Shown piece after piece: positions 1-12,884 of a stretch of DNA of 64,000 bases. The notes under the pieces were generated by a model that had not been told where the DNA came from, searched no databases, and worked only from the letters and a program-made list of their open reading frames with translations. This stretch comes from Amoebophrya sp. A120 (lineage: Eukaryota; Protista; Dinoflagellata). Position 1 is the stretch's first letter. Every line of letters begins with the position of its first letter. Location of the stretch: positions 4,437,863 through 4,501,862 of the forward strand of contig CAJINV010000003.1 of NCBI GenBank assembly GCA_905178155.1, written 5' to 3'. A program made the position numbers and the translations under genes.

Positions 1-1614
1 ATGTAGGACGACTCAAGTTGGCCAGCCCCACGCCGACGCAAGATAGGACGACAGAATCGTCCTCTTGCTGTCGCATTTTGAACTCAACGTTGAAGAAATC
101 CTTCATGTGCCGCAGGTACTCGATCGTCGTCGGCGTCAACTTTCCTACCCGTACTCGGCTCGCCTCGTCCTCCTCTGCGAGGGCGACGTAGTGCAATAGC
201 AGCACTTGATGCGTCGTGTCCACGCATCCACCCAGAGCCAATTCGGAGAGCAGGCGACACGCGCCTGCCTTCCCCAGAGCGAAAGGCACATCCTGCAACT
301 GCTCCTTCGTCAGCGCAGCAGTTCGCTCTTTTGTCTTGTCAGCGTTCTTGCGCTCCGAGTTGTCATCGCCATGCTCGTCGTTTTCGCTGCTGTCACTCAT
401 TTCTGCATCCGAGTCGGCAGCTGTTGCGGCTTCCTCAAACATGGCCTTCTCGGTTGCTGAGAGATCGCCGTTGCTGAAGACGTCGATGCTCTTGTAGGTC
501 CCATCCACAGACTCCGCCACGAGGGAGAGGCCAAACCTGATTTTACTTTTTTCTAATAACGAGCGTTATAACGCACCTGACTAGCAAAACTCAACAATTC
601 AAAATCCATCCTGCATCAATGGCGAGAGTACGAGGAGCAAGCCCTTCTTAAAGAAATTTAAAGAAATTCGTACCCTCTGCTTTTCACGCCCTCGTCGTCG
701 GTTTTCTTTCCCTTTTCAGCTGGCTTGTCGTGGTCCGCAAAGATCCAGACGTCTGGTAGGAAGTCGTTTAGCAAGCCGCGCGCCGCGTCACACATTCGCG
801 TGGCGTATTGTGGAGTCACACCGCTAGTGAAAGCCACTCCGCGCACTCGCTTGCACCGGAAGTCCTCAATAAGATTCAGGGGTCGGACGCGGGCCAGCGT
901 CGGGCAGTGAAAGAGCACTTCGCCCTTGGTGGCTGGAACTGCGTCGTCTTCCGCGCTTGCGCGACCGCAACCGCGTCGCAAGACCTGGAAAGTCAGCTGC
1001 TCGGTCGCGAAGTTTGTTTGGTTTGTGTGCAGATACACGTTCTGCTGCGGCACCGTCCCGTTCAGCGCCGTGTTATTCGTCGTCTTCTCCGACATTTGTT
1101 CCCCAAACTCCGGCTGCACGTATCGCTGCGGCGCGAACATTTTCCTCAGCCAGGGCAAGGTGACACTGCGGAAACTATCAACCGAGAGGTCGGTGCCATC
1201 GTTGGTCACGCCAACCAGTTTCAACTTCGTCAGGTTGCGCGCGAACGGCAGGAGGAGCGCGAGTGCTTCCAACCAGTATCCGAGAGACCGACTCGCCGGG
1301 CATTCGTGCACGATCACCCGGTCCTTACATCCGACTAGCTGTCCAGGTTCGTATCGAAGCTGCGTCCCCGTGTTGTTGATTTGGATCTTCGCTCCATCGG
1401 TGATTTTGTCCAGCAGCCGAATGAAGTTGCTTTCGTAGTCCCGCAGCCCAGGTCGCCGGTCCTCCGTGCGAATCTGCTTGATCAGGATCGGCCGGCCTGA
1501 CAGCGTCGACAGCACCAGGCGCTGCCGAAAGTGGTTGGCTCCCTCGTAGTGCAAAAACCTGTTACTCGGCTGTGATGGCCCAGAGCTGCTGCTGCTTGCC
1601 GTAGGGGCAGTCAT
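1..1614 (-). CDS. RCL1: RNA 3'-terminal phosphate cyclase-like protein (18S rRNA biogenesis), 2 exons, 3' end runs off the window
   Basis: Motifs YEGANHFRQRLVLSTLSGRPI, PGLRDYE, RSLGYWLE, GVTND, KRVRGVAF. GT-AG intron 537-673 joins KSRG to FGLSLVAES; exon 2 has GCVDTTHQ...IEYLRHMKDFFNVEF...LSCVGVGLAN. Confidence 0.93.
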
Positions 1615-2449
1615 TTTTGTGTATTCACAGCTACTACTTGGAAAAGTTTTTGGAACGCCAACGGACAGCGGTGCAAACACAAACTGAATCAAATTACGTA
1701 AGGCTGGGGTACTGCTTACTTAGGCACAAAATCCTGTCGATCGGTGTGGAGGAACGGAGGCAACATGTCACGATTAACAACACACGCAGTAGCAATTTAA
1801 AGAGCTTTCTATTTCCACATACTTTGGCTTAATTTCGATATGCACCACGAACGACCGAACTTCTGATCGTCGACTTCGTTTTGCCTTTTTTTTTTCTGAT
1901 CCAGAGCGCTGATCCTCTATTCACTTGTGCGATCGAGAATTGCGAATTTATGCCTGATCCTGCTGATCATTTGCAAATACCATTACACGATCATCACGAT
2001 TTGGAAATTTAAATGGACGTGCACGATGGATTTACGTGGCCGACATCAGGAGACCGACCCAATGCGAATGGAGACGAATGTGTAGACGCGCGTCATGACA
2101 CCAAAATCGACGGAGATAAGAACCTGAACTCCGAAGGCGACCACTGGTGGGGGGGATAGACGGTCTTGGCCTCATAAAGGGGCAGGCTTATAGTTTTTTC
2201 CTTTCCAGTCGATGTCAATAATCGCAGCGATCGTTGAGGACACAAAAAGGCGTTGTTTCAGGAGAGCGCGAGGCTTCTCTTACGTCACCAGTAGTGGGGC
2301 AGGTATGTCAGCACACTTGACGCAGTTGCCAATCAGTGATTTGATTTTCAACAACACAGCGAATGCAACCGCGCACAGCTACGTGATGGAAATTTGCAAA
2401 GTATCGTTTGATGTGGGGCGTCGCATCACCAACGTGTGGTCGGTCCTGC

Positions 2450-4284
2450 TTACTTCTTCTTGGCCTCGAAGACCTTAGCCTCAACGGACACGACCTTTCC
2501 CAACATGACCACACCGTTTCCGTCCATGAAAGCGACACGGGACAGACCCTCGCAGTTCTTGAAGGAATCGGCAACCAACGGTTGCTGCGGCTCGAAGGTG
2601 ACCTGCGCCATCTCGTTGGACTTCAAGGAGTGGGGCTCTTCCATCTTCTTACCACCAGTCTCCTTACCCATCTTCCACTTCAAAGCGGAGATACGGCAAG
2701 CGGCACGCCCGCAGCGGACGAAACCGATCGGAGAGTATCCGACCTTGATCTCGTTCGGGATGTCCAACACCTGTATTCAGTCGAGGAGGCATAAAACAAA
2801 AACGGACTACAAAAAAATGGAAGATCAAAATCAATCACTTACGAAAATCATAAATCAGCTTTAGCACACAGCACACACTACGCAGAGTCTGTACCTGAAT
2901 CTGGGCATCGAAGGCCTTGACGGCAGACAAAGTGGTGTCCTTCTTGTAGATCATGACATCACCACCACGGGGCATGTTCTGCTTGTCCAAGTTCTTCACG
3001 TTCATACCGACGTTGTCACCCGGCTTGGCCTCCGGCACAGCCTTGTGGTGCATCTCGATCTGGAAGACCTTTCCAGCGCACGCGTTGGCGGCGGTGTGGG
3101 TCGGCAGAAAGATGACTTCCTCGTTCGGCTTGACGATACCCTGTTCGACACGGCCAGCGAGCACATCACCGACACCCTTAATCTTGTAGATTCCGGAGAT
3201 CGGCAGGCGCATCGGGGCATCGATGGGGCGCTCCGGAACGCGGCACATGTTGTTCAAGCAGTCGTACAAGGTATCGACGTGGATGGTCTCAGAGCCGACC
3301 TTGACATCGGCACCCTTCCACCAGGCCATGTTGGTGGTCTTCTTGACCAAGTTGTCACCGCACCAGCCGGAGATCGGCATGAACGGCACGCCGCTCTCGA
3401 CGAAGTCCTTCTTCCAGCCGACCTTTCCCAACATGTTGCGCATCTCGTTGGCGATCTCGTCATAACGAGTCTGCTTGTAGCCGGCGGTGTCGCAATCCAT
3501 CTTGTTGATACCGATGATGATCTGCTTGACGCCCAACAAGTTGATCAAACGGGAGTGCTGACGGGTCTGGCCCTGGATCTCACCAGCCTTGTGGTTACCA
3601 CGCTGGATGGCGGTGGTGAAGTTACCTGTTCGAGAATTCACTTCCGAAGATCAGGAACCTCTCGTCGCTCGGAAAATCTTACGCGCTCATGGAAACGCTG
3701 ACCAACTCGGATCCATAGTATCATGCACAACCGCAATCTAAAAAACTCAGCTCCCCTTGCCAAAAACCCAAAAATACTCAAGTACCATCGGCCGGAACCA
3801 TGATCATGGCGACGTCAGCCTGGGAGGCTCCAGTGATCATGTTCTTAATGAAATCGCGGTGACCCGGGGCATCGATGATGGTGTAGTGCCACTTCTCCGT
3901 GAAGAACTCCTTGGTGGTGACCGAGATGGTCACACCACGCTCACGCTCCTCCTTCTGACGATCCATGTAGAACGCAAAAGCGAAGGAAGACTTTCCCAGG
4001 CGATCAGCCTCGGCCTTCAGCTTCTCCAACTCACGCTCCGGAATACCACCTGCGATTTTTTGGAATCAATGCGTCTTTTTGTTCTTTCATCGGACCTTCA
4101 TGAAATCGAGCACCTAACTTTGACAGGCACATTTGTACAAAAACCTAACTTCGCCCAAATTCTTGCAACCACAATAAAAATAGTGCTTACCCAATTCGAA
4201 GAGCAGGTGGCCGGTCGTGGTGGACTTACCAGAGTCGACGTGACCGCAGATCACGATCGACAAATGCTCCTTTCCTTCGGTCAT
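2450..4284 (-). CDS. EFL: Elongation factor-like GTPase (EFL), 4 exons
   Basis: [35 protein letters not shown], plus the EFL-type [24 protein letters not shown] insert and [11 protein letters not shown]; three GT-AG introns. Confidence 0.95.
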
Positions 4285-4875
4285 CTTGTGCGATGTGGGG
4301 TTGTGGTGTAATACGTAGGGGTCTTTAGATGTAGTGTTCGAGCTAGTCGGAGACTAAACACGAGATCGCAGCAGACTGGTAGCAAAGTTTCAGAAAAACA
4401 AACAAAATTTTTCTTTTATAAAGCTACGTCAGAAACAATGATCTTCGAAACGTGGAACTCTACAGAACGTCTCAGTTGAAAGAACGAGGGAGCGTCCTCC
4501 TTGAAACAAAATTTGGATTTGCCGTCTTGACATATTTTCGGAACAAGAGATTGACTTTCTTAAAATCACCGGGTGGATCTTCGTCGGCATCGATCTCTTT
4601 GTAGCTAGGTACTGACATTCCAATTGTGCTTGTCCGTAAGTGCTTCTAGTTAAGATCGTCTGTCAATGGTGGGCGAGATGGCGATGGGATCCAAGAAGTT
4701 AGTTAGCGAAATGCAAATGGGATTCAAAAACAATCATTATGATCGCTATCGCAAGACCAAGAGCTAGTTCTGGAAACAACTTCTTAAACTATCTTGAGCT
4801 TCATGATTTTGAAGAACAACATCGTCTGGAGTGCGTCGCTTTCCTAAGGCGCACATTTCATCTTGGTAGCTGGAG

Positions 4876-6048
4876 TTATGCGGATACCGCTGGAATACTT
4901 TGTTCGACAAAAAGAAGAGTCAGGGTGTTTCTCATAATTTTTTCGGTTGAAACCGATTCTTCATCTGGTCTGACTTGAGCATCTATTCCTTCAGGGTTTA
5001 CTTTTACTTGTCCTTCCGTGGAACTACCAAGACGAAGCACCAAGTCGCGCTTGTACGTCTCGTAAGATGCCTGTGGGCGCGTCACAAATCCGTCGATACG
5101 CGGTGGAAACACCATTTGGCTACGCGATTGAGTTACTACCTGCGAACCGGGGCCGCGCCGCAACGCGATTGCGACATGAACCTGAGAGCCATTCGGCATT
5201 GGAAATGCTGAAAGTCGCGGCTCCGGCACGATTTTACGCGCAACCTGTCTGAGTAAACGATCGACGTTCTTGCTCTGCTTGTCTTCAACTCGCGTTCCTG
5301 TGATTTCGTCTTGATCAAGCGTAGGTTGAGGCTCGCCGCTGTTGTCGAGTGGTTCCAACTGCACCTCGAACACCTCCCCGGGGAATAGCGGAGCGCTCCC
5401 TCCAATTAGGAAGAGAACTGAGTGGACCACGAACCGATGCTCATGCTGCAATGCCGACACCATCTCCTGCAGTTTTGCTGCTACAAAGTCAATTTTTCCG
5501 AGTGCTTCGACGCTTCTGTTCAGGGTGTGTGCCGGCAAGGACCCGGAGAGATCACAGACGCGCCTCTTCTCGAAGTTTGAGGAAGAAACAGTAACAGACC
5601 CCATTCTGCTGTCGTCGCCTTCACTTCGCTGCAGGTGCGCCGCTCCGCTTATCCTATCATCTTCCTCAAGAACTGCGAGTGCCTTCCGCTTGCTACCCAC
5701 GCAGCTAATTGAATTCATCCGACCGGGCGGGGCCTGTTCCACGTCGACTCCAGTGCCTGGCATAACGGAATTGGTGAGGTGAGATTCAGCCATTGGCGGG
5801 GACGCAGGTGCCAGAGATTCTTGGTCCACTTCCATCGCCACTGGCTCTGCGGTAGACAAGCTGCAGTCAGTTTCCGCTACTGCCTCAAGATGCATCCGCA
5901 GCTGCTGCACCGGAACCGGAATTTGCTGTCGGAGAAAAAGCACTTGCTCCAGGACAATCCGCACGATTTCCACTCGCACACACGGAGACGCAGATCCCGG
6001 AAGATCGAGAACTGAACCTGTCATCTTGTTGTGGTCCATTGCTGACAT
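4876..6048 (-). CDS. MAD2L1BP: p31comet / MAD2L1-binding protein-like HORMA-domain protein
   Basis: IVLEQVLFLRQQIPVPVQQL, VLFLIGGSAPLFPGEVFEVQL and DRLLRQVARKIV resemble the conserved p31comet blocks (recalled family pattern, no search run). Confidence 0.65.
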   Translation of the reverse strand: MSAMDHNKMTGSVLDLPGSASPCVRVEIVRIVLEQVLFLRQQIPVPVQQLRMHLEAVAETDCSLSTAEPVAMEVDQESLAPASPPMAESHLTNSVMPGTGVDVEQAPPGRMNSISCVGSKRKALAVLEEDDRISGAAHLQRSEGDDSRMGSVTVSSSNFEKRRVCDLSGSLPAHTLNRSVEALGKIDFVAAKLQEMVSALQHEHRFVVHSVLFLIGGSAPLFPGEVFEVQLEPLDNSGEPQPTLDQDEITGTRVEDKQSKNVDRLLRQVARKIVPEPRLSAFPMPNGSQVHVAIALRRGPGSQVVTQSRSQMVFPPRIDGFVTRPQASYETYKRDLVLRLGSSTEGQVKVNPEGIDAQVRPDEESVSTEKIMRNTLTLLFVEQSIPAVSA

Positions 6049-8412
6049 GCAGCTTTACTCTGACTCTGTTCTTTCCCTACCGGGCCGCTAGAAGTAGTAT
6101 CAAACAAGTGCGGACGTCTTCAAATTTGGCAGCCTCGGCGTTATGATCTCCACTTAGACTTACCATGTCTGTCACGTCATAAAACATCGATGTCCGCCCT
6201 TCCACCAGCCCTCTCACGACCGGGACCGAGCATCTCCACACAACTACTTCAGTGCTTTCTCAGCCACTCGCTCTTACAAAAACAGATTTAGTGATGCCGC
6301 TATGATGCGATTTTGTAGCTCGATCTCTGCTTCCGCTGCATAATAACCAACGACTCCCATCCAGGATGACCGCCGTAAGAATCGAGACGAATGAATCTTC
6401 ACTACGGCCTCTTCAGAGCCCTACCGTCGAGGGTCCAGATGCTCTTGAGGTCTGACACTCCCCGTCACCAGTCGCGTTAAAACTGCCAACAGAAAGGGAG
6501 CGCTTTTGCGAAACACGTAACTGCCGTGGACTGGCACAATGTACGGAATACGCACTCTGGTTCAACTCCTCACTATTCACCTCCTCTTCTGCAGACAGAA
6601 CAGCCCGCCACTTCACGCAAGCTCTTGCGACGTCAACGGGCGCGCAATTGTACTTAAAAGGAACAAATGTGCGATGACCACAAGAATTGGCTCGCGAGAG
6701 CCATTTTGACCTGGCGCTTCCAGCAGTCGGAAAAACGTCAAAGCGCCACGAAAAAGCGCTGCTGCTAGGCGCAGGCGAGCGCGCAATGTGCTACTCCTAC
6801 TCGTCTGCTTTGAGAGGCGAGAGCACAATGCGCTGCTCCAGCTTCGCTCTGAGAGGCGCGAAGGCTGGCGCGGCTGCGTGGCCGGACCGCCAGGGGAGGC
6901 CGCGGCACCGGGGGGATTCGAAATCACTCAGGGGCGCAACAGCGAGGCTGCGCGGCAGGCGGGCGCCGCAAATATCTAGCAGGCGCGCGCGGCCGGCATG
7001 GCCAGGCGGTCGCCTCGCGGCTTGCATCAGTCCGGCCTACCGCCGCCGCGGCCGCCTCACTCATTGCTCGCCACTCGCCCCGCCACCGTTCTGGAGTTCG
7101 CTACTCCAGTGCTGCTCCCTTTGCGTTCCGGAACACAAGCACGCTAACAGCGGCGCCTTGACGGCCTCCGGGCCGGCCTTTACGGCGAGCCGCCCTACTA
7201 CGTGCTGACGCAGTGCGCTTGCCCTTGCTTCATAAGAAAAACGGCGCCGCGCCCGGTATACATAGGAAAATAGACGGCGCCCCGGGCGGGCCCCAGGGTT
7301 GGGAGCGCTGCGCGCTGGCGCCCGAGAGCCGTCGCGCCTTCCGGCCGCGCAGAGCTTCTGTGAGGCCCGCCTTGCCGTGCTCGCCCGGGTGTGCGAGGTT
7401 GGTCACTATTCACCGCGGCACTTTCGTCCCCGGCCTCCGCGGGGTGGGCCCCTTCTTTTTCCTCGTCGGCTTCCACCTCCTTCCTCCTCGCCTGCTTCCA
7501 ACCCAAACCGCACAGCTCCGCACATCGTGCCCGTGGATTGCTGCCCGGGAGAGCGCCGTGTCGCCGCGGCACCACATCTAGCACGGGAACGAAGTAGCAG
7601 CCTGCTTGCGCACACACCATAGCGCCACTCACCGATGAGACATGCACATGGTTCGCTGGCTGCATAGCAAACGAAAGTAAGACCTGGGCCGCCAATCAGC
7701 TATCATGTACTAACTGCGTATAACTACAAGAAGCTGATCAGTGATTGAGTAGAACACTCGCTCAAAGTCAAAGAAAACAATGCCTCGATGCTGTAAGCTG
7801 CTTAACAAAAATCGCTCGTAGGTAAGTGCAATCCTATAATCCAACCATCAATTCATGGGCAACCCTTCGCTCTTCTGTCAGTTACCCCTCCATAAATTCG
7901 CGATACGGCACAGCGGAAGCTCGAACACATTGACCCTCGGTAGCACCAAGCTGACCAGGCAACTTTACCGGTACATCCCAAGCCAACATACCCGTCTGCC
8001 GCCAGTAGGAAGATTATCCTACTCGGCGTTGCATCGAAACTCAATCTGGTTCAACATTGTTGCTGCGTTGAAAATCATACAGTGAAAAATCCAAGATGAT
8101 ACTGATAACTTATTTCGATGCAAACAGTTTTCCACTGTTCGCGAGAATCGGACTGTGGTACAAACATCTTCAAGGAGAAAGATAGTACGCCTACCAATGT
8201 TTTCTGATTCTGTACAATAAGAGTAACATTGAAACGTCGCTACTTACTGCGAAACCAAGCCTTGCGTGAAGACGCGAGATGCTGGCTACTGCGAAACAAG
8301 AGCAGAAAGCAAAGACAGCTGTCGGTCCCGACATGCTCTTGTAAATGGAAGCACGCCTTGCAAAGATGAGTAAGTAGTCGAGATCCGTTCATCGGCATTC
8401 CGCGCTGGCGAC

Positions 8413-11132
8413 TCACTCTCGTATTGCTGGGCGATCCAGATTGTCTTCCTCAGCTTCCTCTTCCTCTTCGTCGTCACTTGCTGGAGTGTTCCCCTCCTGC
8501 CAGTCCACATCGTCCTCCGTCATCATTTCTTTCAGTGTCCACAAGTGCTTGACTTGCTCCCAAAATTCGTCGTGGCCTTCCGCTTCGATGCTTGTGAGCA
8601 TCGCATCGAAGTTCGGCTCACACGCCCTTTCGTGATTCACTGCTGCAACAAACATCGAGACGAGGGAGAACTCCCCCTGCAAAAGGTCGACGTCGTGATC
8701 AATTTCCACACGATGCACGAGGTTGCGTAGATGCATGCGCTCGCCTCGCTGGTGTCCCAGGTCTGGCGGCGATGATGCCCGAAGGCCACGTTTTCTATCA
8801 TTCGAGCGCTAACAAATGTCATTTGGTCGGAGACTAAAACTAGGCCCCGAAGAGCGACGTAGGAATGACTCCGAAGAGTAATTAGAATCTTTACGAAGTG
8901 TGAGTTTTTCTTGCGACCTGGACATGCAGTGTTGCATCGAGTGAATGAGGAAACACATCGACAAAAAAAAAAAAAAAAAGAAAAAAACGAGAGAAAAAAC
9001 AAAGTTAGCGGAGTGCTTTCTTACCGATGCATCGCAACAACAAAGCTTACTGACGCCGCCGGAACACTGGTAGTCTTGCAACCAATACCGGCCCGCTTCG
9101 TTGTTCTTTCTATCGACCCTTTACTTCGACCTCGTTACCCTTCGACTGCATATTTACCATATTGTCTTCGCTGTTAGATTAGAGAGGTTGCTGTAGGCAG
9201 TGCCAATCCCTCGTGCCTGCTGTCTAGCTTGGAAAGTTCCTCCTGCAGGAACGTCAGGTCCTCCGCGAGTGATGAAAGACCCGCACACAGGAACGATTTG
9301 ATGGTGCGGACCATGCGCGAAGCATGCGTGAGGATTTCGTCGCGCGTCGTCGAATACACCATCGCCAGCGAAACCTCCTCATGAATCCCCTCACCGCCAA
9401 CGGAAAAAACCCCATCAACCAAATGCGTTCGTAGGCGAAGGGATGTCGGCAGGTTCTCCAGACGCAGTGGGGCAGTCATGATTTCCCAGAATTCACTCGG
9501 CTCCAGCACATCGGTCCCGTTCTCTTCCAACGGACCGTGGTGTCCAGCGACGATAATTTCGAAAAGAACGCGGATGAGATCTGCAGAAGTGATTATTTTT
9601 TTTTACAGCAATATTTTTTCGGTAACTCTTGACCTTGTATACAGACCGTGTGATTGAAGGGTCTCATTCGCCTATTTACGCAGAGAGACATCTTCGCCTC
9701 AAGATAGACTACACTACTGATCTCTACCCGAATTGATATCCCCCGCGCCGTCGGTATTCGCGAGTTTGTGTTTCGTTTTCCGTCCGTCCACCTTCCAACC
9801 GGCAGTGAGGCCGAAGTGCTTCCCGTCAAGGAGCAACTCGTTCTTCATCCATTCCACCAGTTCGCGTCTAGTCATCTTAGTCGCCTGGAGTATCGTCCGG
9901 TGGAACTCATGCAGTGGCATAACGGGGTCGACGAGCGGCTTAATCGCACGAGGTGGGACAGGCTCGGGCTCTTCGCGGATCATGTGCTCGCCTGAGCGGA
10001 GGTTCGAGACTGCTTGCAGGGACTCGGGCGCATCATGAATATCTTCTTCCAAAACCACGAGGTCACGGAGTAGGTTGGTGGCGAACACTTGCCGCTGGTC
10101 TTGCGTAAAAAACACACCGCCAGTCTCCGCTTCAAGCTTGGCCCATTCAGAATCAGGCAGCTCCCACACGGCACGGACTAGGTTCCAGTAGTAGCTCCAG
10201 CGCTCCGAAGGCGTACCTTGCCCGACCCGGAAGCAATCCATCGACCATTCGCTGCCCTCAAGCTCACGCTCATGGCGATAGAGTGCCTGGCAGGGAAGAC
10301 AGTTGGCTGCAATCTGTTCCGGGAGTGCAGTGAAGGTCGTATCGTACAATAAACTCCGGGCTTGCTCCAGCGACAATGTCTGCAGGAGATCTGGCGTTGG
10401 TGTTGGTGTAGTTCGGTTGATTGTTATTCAATGGGTTCGTTTCGAAGTATTTGCAGTCACGATATCCGGGGAACTAAAATGTTGGTCGAAAATCTTCTTT
10501 GCCGGTAGTCTAAAAGAAAAAACTTTCAGGTTCATGTGGGGTCGCGTACATCTACTCAAGGTACCGCTGCAAAGGTCAACTATCCACCAACGCTGCATAG
10601 GTTCTGGCCTTCCTAATTTTTCCCCGTCGCGCACCCGCTTCTCGATCTCGGACCTGGTTGCTGCGCATCCTATTTCCTCACTGATGACAAACTGAAAGGT
10701 GGAAAAATCGTCCGGAATTTGCGCCTCGGGGTCGAGGAAACCTTCCGGTAAATCGGGTTTCGTATCCGCACCAGTAGCGGCATCTACACTTGTCGCTCCC
10801 TCCGCTTCCTCGCTACCGCTTGCAGGCGTCGAGCCGACGTCTTCTACTGCAATCCACTTCACGCGATGCAGAGGGGGAAGCTTTTGTGTTGCGGTGAAGA
10901 AGTCACCGATGACCTCGGACCTGCTCAGGTGTTTGACTTGATTCACTTTAGAGGTGTCAACGAGTTTTGTGATGCTTTTTGCTGCCAGATTTTGAATGTT
11001 GATGCGGCGGAAACCGACAGCAGGAGCTGAAGAGCTTGAAAAGGCCGGCACCCCGTCGGAAGCTTCTTTTGCGACTTCTTCTTTCGCGACCGAACGATTC
11101 TCCGCGGAACCAAAGCTTTTGCAAGACGCCAT
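8413..11132 (-). CDS. Hypothetical multi-exon protein with acidic C-terminus
   Basis: Collinear minus-strand ORFs 10428-11222, 9714-10376, 9174-9530 and 8413-8736, with CTGCAG acceptors near 10381 and 9582; no recognisable domain. Confidence 0.55.
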
Positions 11133-12884
11133 TTTCTTTCCCTCGGTAGGTAGTGCGGGTAACAAGTAGGTAGCGTAGCGCTCGCCGCAGTGCTGTATTA
11201 GACTAGTGGTAGTGCTTGGCAAAAAAGAGAAGCGGCGGGCTATCGTTTTTGCGTGATGGAATCTCGTATCTCAAACAATTGATAGGTTGCTGTGCTCGAA
11301 ATCGGACTTAATCTGAAGCTCGCATACTGTGGCTCGCGAGTTCCCCCCTAAAATATGCCGCAGATGACGATGAGTTCTGTTTGTGTTTTAACAGCGAAGG
11401 ACAAAGAGCAAGAAGTTGGGTAGGTAGCGGGTCAGGATACTCCCCATCGCTGCGCTTCATGTGAGCGCCACACTATCACTGCGTCCTCTCCGAAAGGAAA
11501 ATCAAACAACGAGAAACTCCCCCCCTGCTTTTTGTCACGATGAAAACGAGTTCTGCGAACCCGATGTCACACATTTTTCATGATCATCCTATACGAAAAC
11601 GAATCACATAAGTGAGCAACGACACCTCGCAGCACGAACTCGGAACAGCAGCGCATCAGATCTAAATTTTGGGATCAAGCTATGTACTATCATCTTAACC
11701 AACCTGGTGACGTAAGCAGAAGTCTCAACAGTCTCACTCTAAATCACGACTGGCGCTGCAAGTCTGCGCTCGCGCCCCGACCGACCTGCCGCAGATTCCG
11801 AAACTGCGCAGGCCCCCACGGCACTGCGTAGATCTGTGGCGCCGTGGCAGAATGCTTCCAGCGCGGCAGCGCGCCGCACGTTCCGCATTTTCGGCGCGGC
11901 GTCGCGCGACTGACTGCGGCGGCGCGCCGAACTCTTAGTGCCGGACAGGCCACACACAGGGGCCACAGAGGGGCAGGCTCTTCGAAGTATGGGCGCGCGA
12001 GCTGCACGGTCTGCGTGAATGTACCGGCGCCATACGTCTAGGCATTCTCTCCGCCATTTCGGCAGTCTCGACGGCGAGGCCCCTTAGCGCACGACGCGCC
12101 GCGTCATCGGAAAGCGCTACCCCCGACAGCCGCCCCATAATCATCGCGCGACGAGGGAGACCGGAAAGCCGCGCCCACCATTTTATTGAATTTCAAACCT
12201 GGCGGCCAAACAAAACTACGTGGCGATAAACGCATCTTGTCGCAAACTGCAAGTGCTTTGGTAATCAGTACTGGCATTGCTACTTCTCACTTCGGGCATA
12301 CGCAATCGCTCAAAGCTCGAGCTCCTCCTAAACTCCAACTCATTGCAAAACCGTAGGCGATTCTATGTATGAGACTGGTTTCGCTCTTTCTCACGCGGTA
12401 GTTTTTCCTCAACTTTGCTGCTGAATACGAAAAGGGCTACCACGCTGGCACCTTATACACACCTCTCGGGCGAAAAAGGCATCTCGCCACGAATGAACCG
12501 TGCTCAGAGTGACTCCGTAGGCGTAAGCCACAGCTCATCGCTCGTCTGAAACTTCACCTCTCTGCTGAGTGAACACATCACCTCTCTGCTGAAAGCTTCA
12601 GTTTGAGTGAACAATGAAGCGATCGCGGGCGATCGTCACAAATGAAGAACTCCCCAACTGTCGATACTACGCATCGGCAACAGCGCCTTCGTTTTTTCAA
12701 AAACTCTTAGCGAACCGTGAGTCGCTCAGCGGGTGGCGCACGGGGTGTTGGACACAAGTCGATACATTATCATCAAGAGGTTCTGTTACTGTTATGGGCT
12801 GTGCTACACAAGAGATGATCGGTATGATTGAGGACTTCGGTCAGGTTGTAGCGGCATGCTGCAGCACGCATTCGCCTGCGTTCT

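Noticed and set aside
3045-4311. Long plus-strand ORFs opposite EFL and other genes
   Set aside because: Antisense shadows caused by GC-rich codon bias; no recognisable domains.
6900-6940. GGATTCGAAATC as a tRNA T-arm
   Set aside because: No cloverleaf, A-box or acceptor stem could be built.
8962-9004. Poly(A) tract as a second retro-insertion tail
   Set aside because: No flanking target-site duplication found; probably an intronic homopolymer.
6610-12190. The two GC-rich islands as LTRs/TIRs of one element carrying the orphan gene
   Set aside because: No direct or inverted identity visible between them, and no TSD.
12554-12613. Short duplication TCACCTCTCTGCTGA x2 (also the SSSLHNG x2 repeat at ~31218-31262)
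   Set aside because: Two-copy slippage duplications with no further structure.
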